Of a DNA stretch of 63,851 bases, positions 61,001 through 63,851 are shown one piece after another. Location of the stretch: positions 65,627,776 to 65,691,626 of the forward strand of contig NC_068991.1 of NCBI RefSeq assembly GCF_001194135.2. Direction: 5' to 3'. The notes under the pieces are model-generated. The model saw nothing but the letters and a program-made list of their open reading frames with translations, was not told where the DNA came from and did no database searches. The translations under genes and the position numbers were made by a program. This DNA is from Octopus bimaculoides (taxonomy: Eukaryota). Position 1 is the first letter of the stretch; each line of letters starts with the position of its first letter.

Positions 61001-63851
61001 GAATCTAAAATAACCTCCTGCAAGTGAAAAATCTAAATAAAAAAGAAATACACATGAAATTGATTAGTAGCGATCAACACTCCTATATACGAACTGTTCA
61101 CCAGTCTAAACCATAAACATGCAAACTTCTTTAAGATGAAAACCAAACTGGTTTCAATAGTGATACTTGTGATCATGCAATTTAGATGAAGACGATAGTT
61201 TATTGTCCTGGCTGTCTTTGTTTATAATTGGCACTATGGCAAGTGATGATGAAGTGCAAAGGAGGTGGAGCAATCAACAAGAAATGGTGATGAAATATGG
61301 TCGAATAACATTCCTTACAACACGATAACGATCACTAATAGTTCTGACATTCCATCAGGTGCTTCGCTACAACCTGTCACAAAACAGTAATTAAAAGTCA
61401 TGCATGCACACATATATAGACATATACCCTGCATCCAGTGACACAACTGTAGTAAGCTACAACTAATTAACAAAGACATATAAGTTACACATTAAAATCC
61501 GGTAACACATTTGCATTTTGCTAGACATACACATTTCCAATGACAACCAGTTACTTAGATCACACACACACATTTCATCCAATGATAACTGAATTTAATA
61601 GCTCTCTCTCTATTTCCATCTCTCACACACATACTCGTACATTATATCCAACGACCTCTCTTCCTCTATCTGTCTCTTTCACATGAACACTATCCAATGA
61701 TAACCAACTTTAACAGCTTACTCCCTATCTCTCTTTCACGCACACACACATGCATGCACAATACATTCAATGACAAGTGAAATCTAACAGCTTTCTCACG
61801 CACGCATGTGTACACACACACACACATGTAAGTTATCTGGTCACATTATAAGTGAAATACTCTGTGAAAAAGAAAAAACCAACCACAAACAAACAAACAC
61901 ACAAAAATTAACCAGTTGAGTGTAATTAAATACTGTCCACTGCCTAAATTAAAAACAAGTCTTGTGATGAACCTGAAGTGAACAGAAATCCGTAGGTGTT
62001 AAGGAGCCAAATAAAAATACCTTTCATTGAAAATCCTTTGGAGTGCATGGAAATTAATAAAAGAAAAAAAACAAACAAAATGCAAAATAAACTAATTAAA
62101 ACAATATTTAAAGCTTTACAATGAAAAATGTAAAATGTAAAAAATACATTGAGATACAAAACAGACTTTTACAGAGCAACTAATTGAACAAAATAAGACA
62201 TTGTAAAGGTAGTCTTTGTGCATTTAGGAAATTAAATCTTGAAAAATAAATGGGAAAAAAATAAATAAATAAAGCTTAGATATAATTTTTTATTTTTTAC
62301 TTTTTTTTTCAGAAATATAATTTTTGAAAAAAAAAAAAAAAGAAAAAAATTATACCTAACAAGTTTTGCAAAATTTCTTCATCATGCTTTGAAGTTATAG
62401 CGAAAAACAACATAAAAGGAAATAAACATAAAGAGATAAATAATAAAATAAAATAAAAAGCTACTGTTTACAAAAAAAAAAAAAGAATAATTAGCAAACG
62501 GTGGGCACTGCCTTATGAAGCAGACTTGCTGTCTCTATCCACATCAGCCAATAACATAAAAAAGGGGAAACATTTGCAAGGTGATAAATGTCTGNNNNNN
62601 NNNNNNNNNNNNNNNNNNNNNNNNNNNNNNNNNNNNNNNNNNNNNNNNNNNNNNNNNNNNNNNNNNNNNNNNNNNNNNNNNNNNNNNNNTGTTCAAAAAA
62701 TCTATACCCAAAGCAAGGAATATAAGTGTAGCAGCGGCAGAATGTAATAGCAAGCACCAAAGTTTTTCATAGAGAGAGAGAGAGAGATCAGTCTAAAACT
62801 TGTAGAATAGGGGGAAAAAGTTTCCTCAAAGTTTTAACTGATACCAAAAACAACAAAAATTAATTTTACTAATAAAACTATTTTCAATGTTGATCTCACG
62901 GAGACGAAGTGGACGAGTTTCTTTTGGACAGGCCTCCCGGAGGCAAGGTGACTGAGTTCTTTTCGAGCATTGGGCCCCATGAGGCAAAGTGGCCAAGCTC
63001 CTTTTGAGTGTTGGGCCTCACAGAGGCAATGAACAAGACCTCTGGCATTATGCTACGCTTGATAAGAAGACCCATCAAGCCAAGCAAATTTGCAGTCATG
63101 GCAGATACCAATGTCATGCCAGTGGCACATAAAAGCACCCATTACACTCTCAGAGTGGATGGCATTAGGAAGGGCATCCAGTTGTAGAAAACCATGCTAA
63201 ATCAGACTGGATCCTGGTGCAGACTTCCAGCTAACCAGCCCAGCCAAACCGTCCAACTCATGCCAGCATGGATAATGGACATTAAATGATGATGATGATT
63301 AAAATAGATAACAAAAACTATTGGTAATTTTATCACTTCTTTATATTATCATCATTAAGTTAAGATGCCAAGCTGGCAGAATCATTAGTATGCCTTTCAT
63401 CTTTTTGGGGTCGATAAAATAAGCACTAGTGAAACACTGGGGTCAATGCAATCAACTTACCCCCTGCCTCAAACTTGCTGGCCATGTGCCAAACTTTGAA
63501 ACTATTATTATTATTACCGTATTTTAACCTGTATAAGGTACCACCTAATTTTGGGGTCTTAAAATTTGGAAAAAAGGTTTTGTAAGTGATTATAATACTA
63601 TCCATATACAAGAAACTCCCATATTTTTTTAACCTAATTTTTGACAAAAAAGGGTTCCTTCATCATCATCATCATCATCATCATCGTTTAACGTCCGCTT
63701 TCCATGCTAGCATGGGTTGGACGATTTGACTGAGGACTGGTGAAACCGGATGGCAACACCAGGCTCCAGTCTGATTTGGCAGAGTTTCTACAGCTGGATG
63801 CCCTTCCTAACGCCAACCACTCAGAGAGTGTAGTGGGTGCTTTTACGTGTC

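Noticed and set aside
60466-61023. 185-aa and 115-aa repetitive ORFs
   Set aside because: Translations of the tetranucleotide satellite.

Overview
AT-rich, microsatellite- and SINE-dense animal genomic DNA with scaffold gaps (largest 2598-3171 and 26892-27748). The repeat families suggest an octopod cephalopod (inference). Two spliced genes converge tail to tail. On the + strand are the last 7 coding exons (1005 nt, 334 aa plus stop) of a radial spoke head RSPH4A/RSPH6A-family gene (821-15035). On the - strand are coding exons 2-7 (620 nt) of Rab4 (44797-30573, ending in a CAC prenylation motif); its short first exon was not found in the window. All splice junctions are GT-AG and the reading phases join up. 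Almost all ORFs in the supplied track are microsatellite, N-gap or decayed-LINE artefacts. The rest is transposon debris: several tRNA-derived SINE families (some with 11-19 bp TSDs), RTE-clade LINE fragments, an internally deleted Tc1/mariner element, and piggyBac-, hAT-, mariner- and Helentron-type non-autonomous elements. The most interesting unexplained signals are RNA-structural. (1) A GC-rich 110-nt element at 49735-49844 contains all conserved hammerhead core motifs and stems in a permuted, pseudoknotted order. (2) A 298-bp Penelope-like insertion forms a ~130-bp hairpin with two hammerheads and a 15-bp TSD inside Rab4 intron 4. (3) Two more hammerhead-like loci also occur as inverted pairs and carry a G12A lesion. 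(4) A strong minus-strand poly(A) site lies ~13 kb downstream of the Rab4 stop. None of these is shown to be functional; all folds were derived by eye.
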